A stretch of DNA of 63,484 bases, counting the filler, from Raillietiella orientalis (taxonomy: Eukaryota), in assembly GCA_036172245.1 (NCBI GenBank). It is 19 parts of 19 records of this genome, joined end to end, with 100 filler letters (N's around TTAATTAATTAA, not from the genome) between each part and the next. Parts side by side here need not be neighbours in the genome. Positions count along the whole stretch, not along the records: positions 48,372 to 51,347 come from JAYWIR010000383.1; positions 51,448 to 54,415 come from JAYWIR010000384.1; positions 54,516 to 57,471 come from JAYWIR010000385.1; positions 57,572 to 60,481 come from JAYWIR010000386.1; positions 60,582 to 63,484 come from JAYWIR010000387.1; 14 more parts are not named here. One strand, written 5' to 3'. Shown in pieces: positions 48,901-60,603 of this stretch (positions are counted from its first letter, which is position 1; each line of letters starts with the position of its first letter). A model generated the notes under the pieces. It was not told the origin of the DNA, ran no database searches, and saw nothing but the letters and a program-made list of their open reading frames with translations. A program made the position numbers and the translations under genes.

Positions 48901-51347
48901 GCCTCCCTTTCGTTCAGCGGCGGCGATACCGCCCGTGCGCAAGGCTCTCGCGATCGCTAAAGGAGTTGCTTACGCCTCCGTGGAGGCAGCACTCCAAGAG
49001 GCAGCGAAGGCAATGCCTCTTACATCCGTGGAAGCAGCGCCATCTCAGGATGGCAAAGATAACTGCGACGCGAACGAAGACGGCTGGATGCAGGTGAGAA
49101 AGATCATTAGAAAGAAACCATCAAGGTCTTCGCAGCTCTGTGTGAAGGTGAGTGGGCGAAAGAAACCCGCGAAACCTTCCCAGAAAAAGATTGCGATTCT
49201 TTTCTCCTGCGCAGTTGTCCTCTCGTGGTTGGAGCGGGAAGCTGCTGCTGCGGCTAAAAGGACGAAAGTCCCAGCCGCAGTTGCAGAAAGCGCTAGGAAA
49301 CAGGCAGCGAACGATTTCCCTAATTCCGGGAAACAGCAGCAGCGCCTGGCAAGCCCTGGACTGTCGGATTCTGATCCAGAGTCCTACAGAAAGAGCACAC
49401 AGCGCGACAACCGCCCAAAACCGCGCAATCGCCTCCCGAAGACCCGAAAGCGCGTGGTTGCCAAGGAGGAACTGTTGCTGGGGAGCAAAGAGGAGGAAAA
49501 GGACCTCACCTCTGAGCTACCGGCAACAAGCAGTGCGGCTTCGAATGGAGATGTCCAGTCTCCGAGATCGACCGCTCTGTCTCGTGACCACTCGCCGGAC
49601 AAGGCGAGAAATCTGTGCTCACCTTCCCAGCCTTAATGCAGGAAGTCGCTTCTTTTCGTCGATTCAGCGTAGCCTGTTGGAACGTCAATGGGCTGCGCAG
49701 GGACGGAAAGAGGCGCGACGTGTCAGACACCCTGCGACATTTCGATTTGGCGATCCTTCAGGAGATGCATTACATCTCCGATTCGGAGGTTGCGGAAATC
49801 GAACAGCGCGCGGGTGGCACCCTGTACTGGCGAGAAGGTTCTGCACAATCGTGCGGAGTCGGTTTTCTCGTGTATAGTAGGATGGCGGGAGCGGTGCGCA
49901 GCGTTCGATTCGACCAGGGAGGGCGAATGGGCCAACTTGTACTCAAGTGGTCAGATTCAATCGACCTCGTCGTAACGAACGTCTACGCTCCGAGCGGCTT
50001 TCATCGGCGTGTCGAAAGAATCGAGTTCTTCGACGTGCTGGAGAGTCAATGGCTCAGAAACTCCGGAGCCAGAGTGGCGCATCTCGTCGCAGGGGACTTC
50101 AACGTCCACCTGCTTTCCAACGAGACGCGGTCCCTGGCGGAACGGTCGCGGGTGGAAGAGGCATGCGCGTCGGTGCACGCGCGTAACTTGGAAGCCGGCG
50201 AGCCTGGACTGGGAAGGTGCGTGGATCACCTCTACCTCGATGAACACCTACTCTCGCGAGTGGAAAGGAGAGGCAGAGTGCCGTCCACGTTATCGGACCA
50301 TGATAGGCTGGAGTTCGAGCTACTCCCGCCGGGCAAGGGACCTCCAAACAATGTTTGGAGGATGCCGGCGGATTGGCTGAGTCACCCGGAAGCGGCGGAG
50401 CATCTTTGCCAGTTCCTTCGCGGCTTTGCCATCCGGGAACTCGCAGACTGGGACCATCTTAAAAGATCGGTTCGCGAGTTTTGCGACCGGTTCCCCCTGC
50501 ACCTGCTACCACGCAGCTTCGGGGAAGGCGTGACCAATAGCAGAGCATTTCTGCAGGCGCGCACCTTCTCGAGACGTGCGGAAGTCCGGCAACTCGCAGA
50601 GTACAAGGCAAGGGCCGAGCGCCAGGTCTGGCCGTCTCTGGAGCGGCTATTCTGCTCGACGACCAAGGCCGGGAATGCACGCCTTGTGCCGAAGTGCGGC
50701 GAGCACTAAAGCGTCACTTCTTCTTGCTCTACGCTAATTTCCCGACGGAAAGAGTCCTCTCCGAACTACTTTTGCCGCGGGCTGCACATGGCATCGGCGA
50801 GGAGGAGCGCGATCGAATCGACGAGCCCTTCACGTTGGAGGAAGTTTCTTCCGCCATCGCAGGACTCAAGAGACGGAAGACGCCAGGTGAGGACGGACTG
50901 CCCGCGGAGTTCTATCAGAGCTTCGCGGCGGAACTCGCCCCACTGGTTCTTAGAATCTCGACGCTGATGAGGGTGACGGGCGATGTCCCTTCTTCCTTCC
51001 GCTCAGCAAGGGTGCGTCTCCTTCCGAAAGGAGGGGATCTGCGCCAACTCAACAATGGCGTCCGATCACATAAGTGAATACGGGCGTCAAGTTGTTTTCG
51101 AAGCTGTGGGTCACGCGTTTAGGGAAAGTCGCGGAGTCCGTGGTAAGCCCAGAGCAGTCTTACGCTGTACCGGGTAGATCCATGGATGCGAACCTTCTTT
51201 TCGCGCGCACCTGGTGGCAGCTTCAAGAGCGCGTTGCGGCGGATAGCCAAACAGCGGCAAGACCTTCTGCCGACTGCGTGCGCCAGTGCGGACGGACGGA
51301 AGAAAGGCCGGGAGCCTTGGCACTAGCAGTAGATTTGCACAAAGCAT
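48901..51347 (+). mobile_element. Tx1-like element, ORF1 C-terminal part (stop 49636) and ORF2 from 49636 (complete APE, RT to DLHKA), frameshifted
   Basis: ACWNVNG, LQE, VYAP, GDFN, VDH, SDH, KTPGEDG, LLPKGGDL, LAVDLHKA. Confidence 0.92.
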
Positions 51348-51447
51348 NNNNNNNNNNNNNNNNNNNNNNNNNNNNNNNNNNNNNNNNNNNNTTAATTAAT
51401 TAANNNNNNNNNNNNNNNNNNNNNNNNNNNNNNNNNNNNNNNNNNNN

Positions 51448-54415
51448 AAATTCCTTTATCTTTTCTATTTCCAATGTGGTGTTTTCCGTCCTAATCTCCG
51501 CACTTGCACGTAAACGACCATGGCCGCTTCCCGATGAATTCGGTCGCAATCCTGAGACCTGAAAATGGTTGGAATCAATCTACTCCCTCTTCCAGCATAG
51601 AAATAGAATCTTCAAAATACAGCAAAAAAATTCCTCTATCTTTTCTATTTCCAATGTGGTGTTTTCCGTCCAAATCTCCGCACTTGCACGTAAACGACCA
51701 TGGCCGCTTCCCGATGAATTCGGTCGCAACCCTGAGACATGAAAATGGTTGGAATCAATCTACTTCCACTTCCAGCATAGAAATAGAATCTTCAGAGTGC
51801 ATCCAAAAAATTCCTCTATCTTTTCTATTTCCAATGTGGTGTTTTCCGTCCTAATCTCCGCACTTGCACGTAAACGACCATGGCCGGTTCCCGATGAATT
51901 CGGTCGCAATCCTGAGACATCAAAATGGTTGGAATCAATCTACTTCCACTTCCAGCATAGAAATAGAATCTTCAAAGTGCATCAAAAAAATTCCTCTATC
52001 TTTTCTATTTCCAATGTGGTGTTTTCCGTACAAATCTCCGCACTTGCACCAAAACGACCATGGCCGCTTCCCGATGAATTCGGTCGCAATCCTGAGACAT
52101 CAAAATGGTTGGAATCAATCTACTTCGTCTTCCAGCATAGAAATTGAATCTTCAAAATGCATCACAGAAATTCCTCTATGTTTTCTATTTCCAATGTGGT
52201 GTTTTCCGTCCAAATCTTCGCACTTGCACCAAAACGACCATGGCCGGTTCCCGATGAATTCGGTCGCAATCCTTAGACATCAAAATGGTTGGAAGCAATC
52301 TACTTCCACTTCCTGCATCCAAATACAATCTTCAAAGTGTATGCAAAAAATTCCTTTATCTTTTCTATTTCCAATGTGGTGTTTTCCGTCCTAATCTCCG
52401 CACTTGCACGTAAACGACCATGGCCGCTTCCCGATGAATTCGGTCGCAATCCTGAGACCTGAAAATGGTTGGAATCAATCTACTCCCTCTTCCAGCATAG
52501 AAATAGAATCTTCAAAATACAGCAAAAAAATTCCTCTATCTTTTCTATTTCCAATGTGGTGTTTTCCGTCCAAATCTCCGCACTTGCACGTAAACGACCA
52601 TGGCCGCTTCCCGATGAATTCGGTCGCAACCCTGAGACCTGAAAATGGTTGGAATCAATCTACTTCCACTTCCAGCATAGAAATAGAATCTTCAGAGTGC
52701 ATCCAAAAAATTCCTCTATCTTTTCTATTTCCAATGTGGTGTTTTCCGTCCAAATCTCCGCACTTGCACGTAAACGACCATGGCCGCTTCCCGATGAATT
52801 CGGTCGCAATCCTGAGACATCAAAATGGTTGGAATCAATCTACTTCCTCTTCCAGCATAGAAATAGAATCTTCAAAATGCATCAAAAAAATTCCTCTATC
52901 TTTTCTATTTCCAATGTGGTGTTTTCCGTCCAAATCTCCGCACTTGCACCTAAACGACCATGGCCGGTTCCCGATGAATTCGGTCGTAATCCTTAGACAT
53001 CAAAATGGTTGGAAGCAATCTACTTTCACTTACTACATCCAAATAGAATCTTCAAAGGGGATCAAAAAAATTCCTCTATCTTTTCTATTTCCAATGTGGT
53101 GTTTTCCGTACAAATCTCCGCACTTGCACCAAAACGACCATGGCCGTTTCCCGATGAATTCGGTCGCAATCCTGAGACATCGAAATGGTTGGAAGCAATC
53201 TACTTCCTCTTCCAGCATAGAAATAGAATCTTCAAAATGCATCAAAAAAATTCCTCTATCTTTTCTATTTCCAATGTGGTGTTTTCCGTCCAAATCTCCG
53301 CTCTTGCACCTAAACGACCATGGCCGGTTCCCGATGAATTCGGTCGCAATCCTTAGACATCAAAATGGTTGGAAGCAATCTACTTCCACTTCCTGCATCC
53401 AAATACAATCTTCAAAGTGTATGCAAAAAATTCCTTTTTCTTTTCTATTTCCAATGTGATGTTATCCGTCCAAATCTCCGCACTTGCACGTAAACGACCA
53501 TGGCCGCTTCCCGATGAATTCGGTCGCAATCCTGAGACATGAAATTGGATGGAATCAATCTACTTCCACTTCCAGCATAGAAATAAAATCTTGAAAGTGC
53601 ATCAAAAAAATTCCTCTATCTTTTGTATTTCCAAAGTGGTGTTTTCCGTCCAAATCTCCCCACTTGCACCTAAACGAACATGGCCGGTTCCCGATGAATT
53701 CGGTCGCAATCCTGAGACATGAAAATGTTTGGAATCAATCTACTTCCACTTCAAGCATAGAAATAGAATCTTCAAAATGCATCACAAAAATTCCTCTATC
53801 TTTTCTATTTCCAATGTGGTGTTTTCCGTCCAAATCTCCGCACTTGCACCAAAACGACCATGGCCGTTTCCCGAAGAATTCGGTCGCAATCCTGAGACCT
53901 CGAAATGGTTGGAAGCAATGTACTTCCACTTCCTGCATCCAAATAGAATCTCCAAAGTGCTTCCTGAAAATTCCCCTATCTTTTCTATTTCCAATGTGGT
54001 GTTTTCCGTCCAAATCTCCGCACTTACACCTAAACGACCATGGCCGCGTCCCGATGAATTCGGTCGCAATCCTGAGACATCAAAATGGTTGGAATCAATC
54101 TACTTCGTCTTCCAGCATAGAAATTGAATCTTCAAAATGCATCACAGAAATTCCTCTATCTTTTCTATTTCCAATGTGGTGTTTTCCGTCCAAATCTCCG
54201 CACTTGCACGTAAACGACCATGGCCGCTTCCCGATGAATTCGGTCGAAATCCTGAGAGAACAAAATGGTTGGAATCAATCTACTTCCACTTCCTACATCC
54301 AAATAGAATCTTCAAAGTGGATCAAAAAAATTCCTTTATCTTTTCTATTTCCAATGTGGTGTTTTCCGTACAAATCTCCGCACTTGCACCAAAACGACCA
54401 TGGCCGTTTCCCGAT
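51448..54415. repeat. 180-bp satellite array (same family as 41697-44937), about 16.5 monomers
   Basis: Same monomer and exact periodicity. Confidence 0.98.
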
Positions 54416-54534
54416 NNNNNNNNNNNNNNNNNNNNNNNNNNNNNNNNNNNNNNNNNNNNTTAATTAATTAANNNNNNNNNNNNNNNNNNNNNNNNNNNNN
54501 NNNNNNNNNNNNNNNTTGACGCGCGCCGTCGCAA

Positions 54535-57471
54535 TTCACACCCGGATGTGCCGGGGCATTTATTTCTTGGAAATAAAAATACATGAAATATCGCGTGGTG
54601 AACTCGAAGGTTCACCACTCCAAAACAGCCTGCTGGTTACCGGCTCCATGCCGGAGAGGTCCTTCCGATGCGCGGGGATGGGAAATAAAGAAAAACAAAA
54701 AGAAACAAAAAGTTCAAATGTGGGGAGGGAACAGATGTTGTAGGGGTGGGAGGGCCGGGAAGGGATCACGGTGCGCGTGGAAAGGTCCTCTAGATCCTAT
54801 TCAGGATCCGCACAAGCTGAGTCCTTTCAGCGCCAAAGTGGCGCCACTTGCAGACACTGCGCGCGAGAAGGCGAGTCCAGTGTAAGGCGTTGCCGGTTGG
54901 CTGACGCCTTCTTCTGGTGGCGTTCCAAGCCGCCACTATTTCTCTGATGCAGCAGAGGATTGCTACACTAGCGGGCGGGGACAAGGCGTCACTACAGAAG
55001 AACCTGAAAACCTCCTTTGGGCCGCATCCGCGCAAGTCCAGGATCACCGCGAGACGATCCCACAAAGGGCGGAGGGCGCTACACTCAAGGAGAAGGTGGG
55101 GGAATGTTTCTTTTACCCCACACCGGTCACAATTGGGATCCACAGCCCCCCAAGTGGTGTGGTGCAGGCGTGTTTTAAATGGTAATACCCAGAGTACCAC
55201 AAGCAACGCCACATCCTGCCATTTCAAGGGGAGGAATGCACTGTTCCAGGACGCTGGGGGCCACTTCATCTCCTCCGGAGATAGTCCGAGTAGCTCACCC
55301 CAGCGTCGAATTCCGTTCGGAGAGACACTCGGCGTCGCAGCGTCAGCTAGTTGCCAAGAAGTCCACGCCTTTATCGATTGTGTCCTGCCGCCCATAGTGC
55401 AGCACACGGTCCATTTCCCCTGCTCGCTACTGTCACTAGCATGCACAAGGAAGGGCAGCACTGGGGCGAGGGGGGTTATCAACGCCCACAGAGGCTTGTC
55501 GTGGGACTGCACGATCTCCTGCAGCGTCCAGCGGGCGTGCCTTTTCATACAAGTGTTCCTTGTGCCCGCCGGAACGTGGATCTTTTCCCAGGTGGAGACT
55601 GACTCGTGCAACCAGGCGGAGTAGTTCCCTGGGAGGCAGAAGATCCAGGCGTTCTCCCGAACCGCAACGAAGATGCGTCGCAGCATAGAGCCACAGTATG
55701 GTCTTCTGCAGACGCGCGCAGACAGAAACAACAAAAGTCCGGCGATTCCGCAGGCTCGTTGGGCCAGGAGACGTGCTGGAACGCACCAAGGCGTGTCCCA
55801 CAATTCCGCCGAAAGGGCGAGAGTCCTGAATCCAAGTTGTAGTTCCATGCGCTCCAGCGTAAGTACGCCAAGTCCACCGTCCTTACGTGAAGCGCACAAG
55901 TCTTTGAGCCTCACAAGGGACCTCCCTTTGCCCCAAAGGACTGTCCTCAGGAGGCCCGCTGCTCGTTTCCGAATAAAATAAGGGGCGGGGCAAAGAAAAA
56001 GTAGGGGGCGAAGGAGGGGAGCCGCAAACGCGTTCCACACCGCGGCCCGTTCCTGCAAGTAAAACTTGCCTTCTTGGAACGGACCGATCGCCAACGCTGC
56101 CTTTTGGAGACGGTCGGACCAGGCTTCTGCTGCGCAGAAGTCCCCCAACGGTACGCCGAGGTACTTGAAGCACCTGCCCGTGGGGATCTTCAAGCGGAAC
56201 CAGTCCGACCGTCCAGCTCACGCCGAACCGACGAAGACCATGGACGACTTCGCCCTGTTCACCTCCAGGCCCGTCCCGCGGCGCAGCAACTCGAAGAAGT
56301 CCTCGAGTGCACTCGCCGGGGTGGACCCGGGAAGCAGCAGCAGAAGATCGTCTGCATAGGCGGACACGGCAGGCTTGCCGGGACACGAGCTCGGCAGGGC
56401 TGCCAGAGTTACCCTGTATGCCCTCAGCACCAACTCAAAGTAGATGCTGAAGAGCAAGGGGCTAAGGCTGTCACCCTGCCGGATGCCGCGGCGTACGGGC
56501 ACGCCGTACACGTGCCGGCCGCTGAAACCAATATTGATTGACGCGTTGCGCCAGCAGGAGCGCAGGTAAGATTGAAGCACGGCAAGGAAACCCATGCGTT
56601 CCAGGAGCTCCAGAAGGAGATCCTGTTCGACGCATTCGAATGCTTTGTGCAAATCGACCGCGACGGCAAAGGCTCCCGCCGACTCCATCCCACCCTCTGC
56701 CCGATCTTCTTGGTCAGAGGGGGGCGCGAGGCTCGCTTGACCGTCCTGTGCAACGCGTTGTCGCGACTGCCACCATGAGCTGGCAAGGAGCAGGTTGGCC
56801 TCCATGGTTCGTACGGGAACAGCATAGGTCTGCTCGGGACTCACCACGGAAGCGGCCACCCGCCCCAAACCCTCAGCTCACAACTTGGCATACAACTTTG
56901 CGTCCGCATTCACTACTGTGATGGGACCCGAGTTGCCAATGTTGCGTAAGTCTCCTGACTTCGGCAGGAGACGTACTTTAGCTGACCGGAACGAGGCGGG
57001 AACTTCGCCGTGTTCGCGGATCAGCGCACTTAACCTAAGCACCAGGGGGGCCAGCTCTGGCGCAAAGCGATGGTAAAACTCCGCGGGCAGGCCGTCCTCC
57101 CCTGGTGCCTTCCTTCTCTTGAGCCTGTTGATGGTGGAGATCATCTCCGCCATCGTGAACGGTTCCGCCAATCTGGAACGGTCCTCCTCCTTTTGCGCGG
57201 GAGCACCAACCGGCAGCAGGCGCTGCGCGAAATTGCGCTCAGGTGTTAGTGGCGCGTACAAGGAGGAATAAAACTCCCTCACGATGCAGCTTACCTGGGC
57301 TGGGCTGGAGCGTTCTTGGCCCTGATGATCCAGCAGGCAGGCCGAGCCTGACTGCCAGGCCTGCCTCTCCGCCTCAGCCTTGAATCCAGCCAGGCGACGG
57401 ACGTCGGGACGCCGGGAATAACGGCGCGCCTGGAGGTACGCCCGCTCGTTCCTGACACCCTCGCCGAATCC
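54535..57471 (-). mobile_element. Family C element, from GFGEGV to the 3' end; ORF2 pseudogene
   Basis: KAPGEDG, DLHKAF, QGDSLSP, YADD, KYLGV, CCHC, RTQLVRILNRI (stop 54790); hairpin at 54535-54564. Confidence 0.93.
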
Positions 57472-57571
57472 NNNNNNNNNNNNNNNNNNNNNNNNNNNNN
57501 NNNNNNNNNNNNNNNTTAATTAATTAANNNNNNNNNNNNNNNNNNNNNNNNNNNNNNNNNNNNNNNNNNNN

Positions 57572-58488
57572 TGTTGACACTCGATGGTCCGCTCGCCGCA
57601 CCTCCTTTCATTCCTTGGTTCCTCCATTTATTGATTTTGCAGGAAGCGATTTTTACGTTCCTGGCACGGAGGAGGCCATGAATGTGTTCTTGAAGACCCT
57701 GCACTTTTGCCGAGGTGATCACAGTTGTCTCCTAGTTGTAGCGCGTTTTTCCCAGGAACCGTTTTCGGTTTCCAGTTCTGTTGTGTGTTGTCTGTGACCT
57801 CAGCCCTCGCAGACGATGACTCGGCTGCCACCAGTCCGCAGAGAAGCCCGTCGAACTCCACGAAGGAGTGGGTTTCGCCCACAGCGCATGCACCGTAGCG
57901 AATTTCGGGAATTCGTTGCGGACGCTCTCCTTAGTCATCTGCAGCGTATTTCCGGTCAGATGGACCACGACCTAGCGGTTCTCTGTAACCGGGAAGAGCT
58001 AACTTTACATCATAACGGAAGTCCCGAGAAGTCTCTGCGCTAGAGTTGCCTCCTTGTAGATTACTTCTGAATATTAGCATCTCTTCAAATGAACATGGCC
58101 AGAAGCTCCTTCGTTTGAACGTCGAGAGCGGGCACTGATTGCAAGAAGGCGAGCGCTCTCGGGGAAATATAAATTTCCTACCTTATATGGGAAAGGTGAG
58201 TTCCACTCCTTCTCTGAGTAGCATCTCGTTTCTGCCTTGTCCGCATGCGTAGGCGCCGCAGCTACGGCGTTCCAAGCCCTCGCTTGCGTGAGGGGCGAAT
58301 CTGTGGGGCGGATGCCCCACTTTTATAGCCTCTGGGAACGGCGTTCTCATCGTCCCCTGGCCTTCGCTGATGGTGGTGTCGGGTATCACTGCCCTTCCCA
58401 CTACCAAATCCACTCACTGCACTCACTGAACGGAAAAAAAAAGAACCACAAACTAGGGAGCGATAGAAACATACGTCCTTTGCCCGCG
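57572..58488 (-). mobile_element. Decayed Tx1-like 5' end and ORF1
   Basis: VHLTGNTLQMTKESVRNEFPKFATVHALWAKP homologous to the other ORF1s; GGACGTATGTTTC at 58478-58466. Confidence 0.8.
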
Positions 58489-59666
58489 AGAGGTTTCTTG
58501 GAGCTGCAAATTCGCGAGACAGGAATGGAGGTGAACAGGGCGAAGTCGTCCGTCGTAGCAGTCTGTTCGATGTGGGCAGGGTAGCAGGACTGGATCCATT
58601 TTGCGATCCCCACGGTCCGGTACTCTGAGTACCTCAATGTGCCGTTGGGGGACTACTCTTCGGCGGAAGCGTGGTCCAGCTGCCTCCAGAAGGCTAAGCC
58701 GGCGATCGGCCTGTTTCTGAATGGCAGGTTTTTCATGCTGGAACGGGCTGCGGTGTGGAACACGTTCGTGACCCCCTTTTTTGCCCTTTGCTTTTTGTTT
58801 GTCCCCCACCGAGAGGTGTAAAGAAGCGGCTGGAGCTACAGCTTAGTAGAGGGCAAGCGTCCTCGAATATGTGGAGCACCAGCTGGTGCGATCCGGCACG
58901 ACATCTGGTCAAGCGGGCCATCGGCTACGCGGGACTGTCTTCGCTCCTGGAGTGTCGACGCCGGCGCAATGTGACCCGATGTGGTCTGCAGCTCCGGCGA
59001 GTGGCCAAGCTTACCAGGGCGAATACCTCTTTCTCCTGCCAGCCCTCGAAAGGTAGTGCCTGGTTACAGTCAAGCGTTCTCTCGTGGGCGCAGAAAAAAG
59101 AAGCGAGCCCAGAGTTGCGGCGGAGACTGCTGCACTCCTGTTCCAACAACCGCTCTCTGTAGGACGTCATCGTGCAGCGCACCACGCGTGCATGGGCAGA
59201 AATATCTCCCTGGTCACAGCTCTGCCCTACCACAGGGAACACCTGGCCAGTAGTCAGCCGGCCAACGTAGGAATGCGTCCGGGAAAACTTCGTGGCCTGA
59301 GGTTTCTGCTGAATCACTCTTTGGAAGGCGTCATGCAGGACCACAGGAAGTGGAATCGCCTAGCCACCACACCCCTTGGCGCAGCGCTGTCTACCCTTAG
59401 AACAAGCAATGGCAGTTGCCTACCGGCGGGGTGGGGATCCTGCATCATTGCAGGAGAGACCAACTCTTTGGTGGCTGGAAGGAAAAGGAACTAACGCATG
59501 CCGCCACTCTTCCAAATCTGGCTTCTCCGATGGAGCGAACTCCGAAGCTCCCCGAAGAACAAACATGTGGTCTCTCCCGCCTGTTTAGACAACTCAGTGC
59601 TTCCCTTACGAAGAAAACAGGGCGTGCTGCTGTTTTTGCACTGGGGACTCCAGTGCAAAGACGCTG
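58489..59666 (+). mobile_element. Decayed ORF2 fragment (post-YADD to LHWG), host
   Basis: TGMEVNRAKSS, PLGDYSSAEAWSSCLQK, ERAAVWN, LHWGLQC remnants. Confidence 0.82.
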
Positions 59667-60481
59667 AGATCTAAAGATCTAAATCTAAAAGAAGAAGCAA
59701 TACTGTGCAGTGCAGCTGAGGACTCTCGCCAGCACAAGCAGCGCCGGGGAGTCCACGGTGGAAGACCTTCGACCCTCCCGAGCGGCGACGGCAGTGCACC
59801 AGCACGCCGCGAGGATGCAGCAGCAGGCAGCAGCGATGGAGGAGAGGTCGGAGCTACCCCAGCCTATGTAGGTAGCGTCAGGCGAATGCTCGGGTACAGC
59901 GGCAGCGGTCCCGATGAAGGCGGTTGCCGGTGCGACAGGCGGACCCGTAGGCCTACCCATTGCTATGGACGCCCCGCCATCTTGCGCTGCTACAACCGTG
60001 GGGCGGCCAGCGTTTTCTTATGCGGCTGTGGCGGCGGGGACGACGACCACGCGACCGGCCAAGAAGTTTGGCAAGCCCGAGACGGGCAAGATAGAGAACA
60101 TTGACGAGCCCATCATTAAGATGGGCCCGAATGTCAAGCCGATTACCTTCAAGACCGGCTTGATTAGAATACACAACATCAATGAGGTTTATCTGGCCTT
60201 ATACCTGTCAAACGTCGACTTTGACACGGTACAGGCCATAATACCCAGTACCACCGGGTTCACAATTTTTAGATTGTGAAAAATTAAGGGAGTCCTTGAT
60301 TGAGAAGGGCATAAACATCCAAGGCAGAATGGTCCAGGGCATCGGTAATATGCCGTATACTACGGTATTTTTTGGTGGTGTCTGCGGGACCACCAGCAAG
60401 CAGGCGGTGTGGACATTCCTAGCCAAATACGGAGAAGTTCTGGAAGTGGAATTCCGGAACTATTGCGGAAAGGTGTTTTCG
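59667..60481 (+). mobile_element. Family F ORF1 fragment
   Basis: KKFGKP...PIIKMGPNVKPITFKTGLI...QAIIPS homologous to 7266-7859. Confidence 0.85.
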
Positions 60482-60581
60482 NNNNNNNNNNNNNNNNNNN
60501 NNNNNNNNNNNNNNNNNNNNNNNNNTTAATTAATTAANNNNNNNNNNNNNNNNNNNNNNNNNNNNNNNNNNNNNNNNNNNN

Positions 60582-60603
60582 GAAAACACGTCCAACCTGT
60601 AGC
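60582..60603 (-). promoter_or_regulatory. 5' tip of an antisense element with a DPE-like GGACGTG motif
   Basis: gaaaacacgtcc plus 10 nt, same geometry as 1369-1390; GGACG(T) fits the DPE consensus RGWYV(T). Confidence 0.65.

Noticed and set aside
3473..60581. Recurrent TTAATTAATTAA and apparent clustering of all features
   Set aside because: Artificial linkers between size-sorted contigs; adjacency across linkers and overall element density carry no biological meaning
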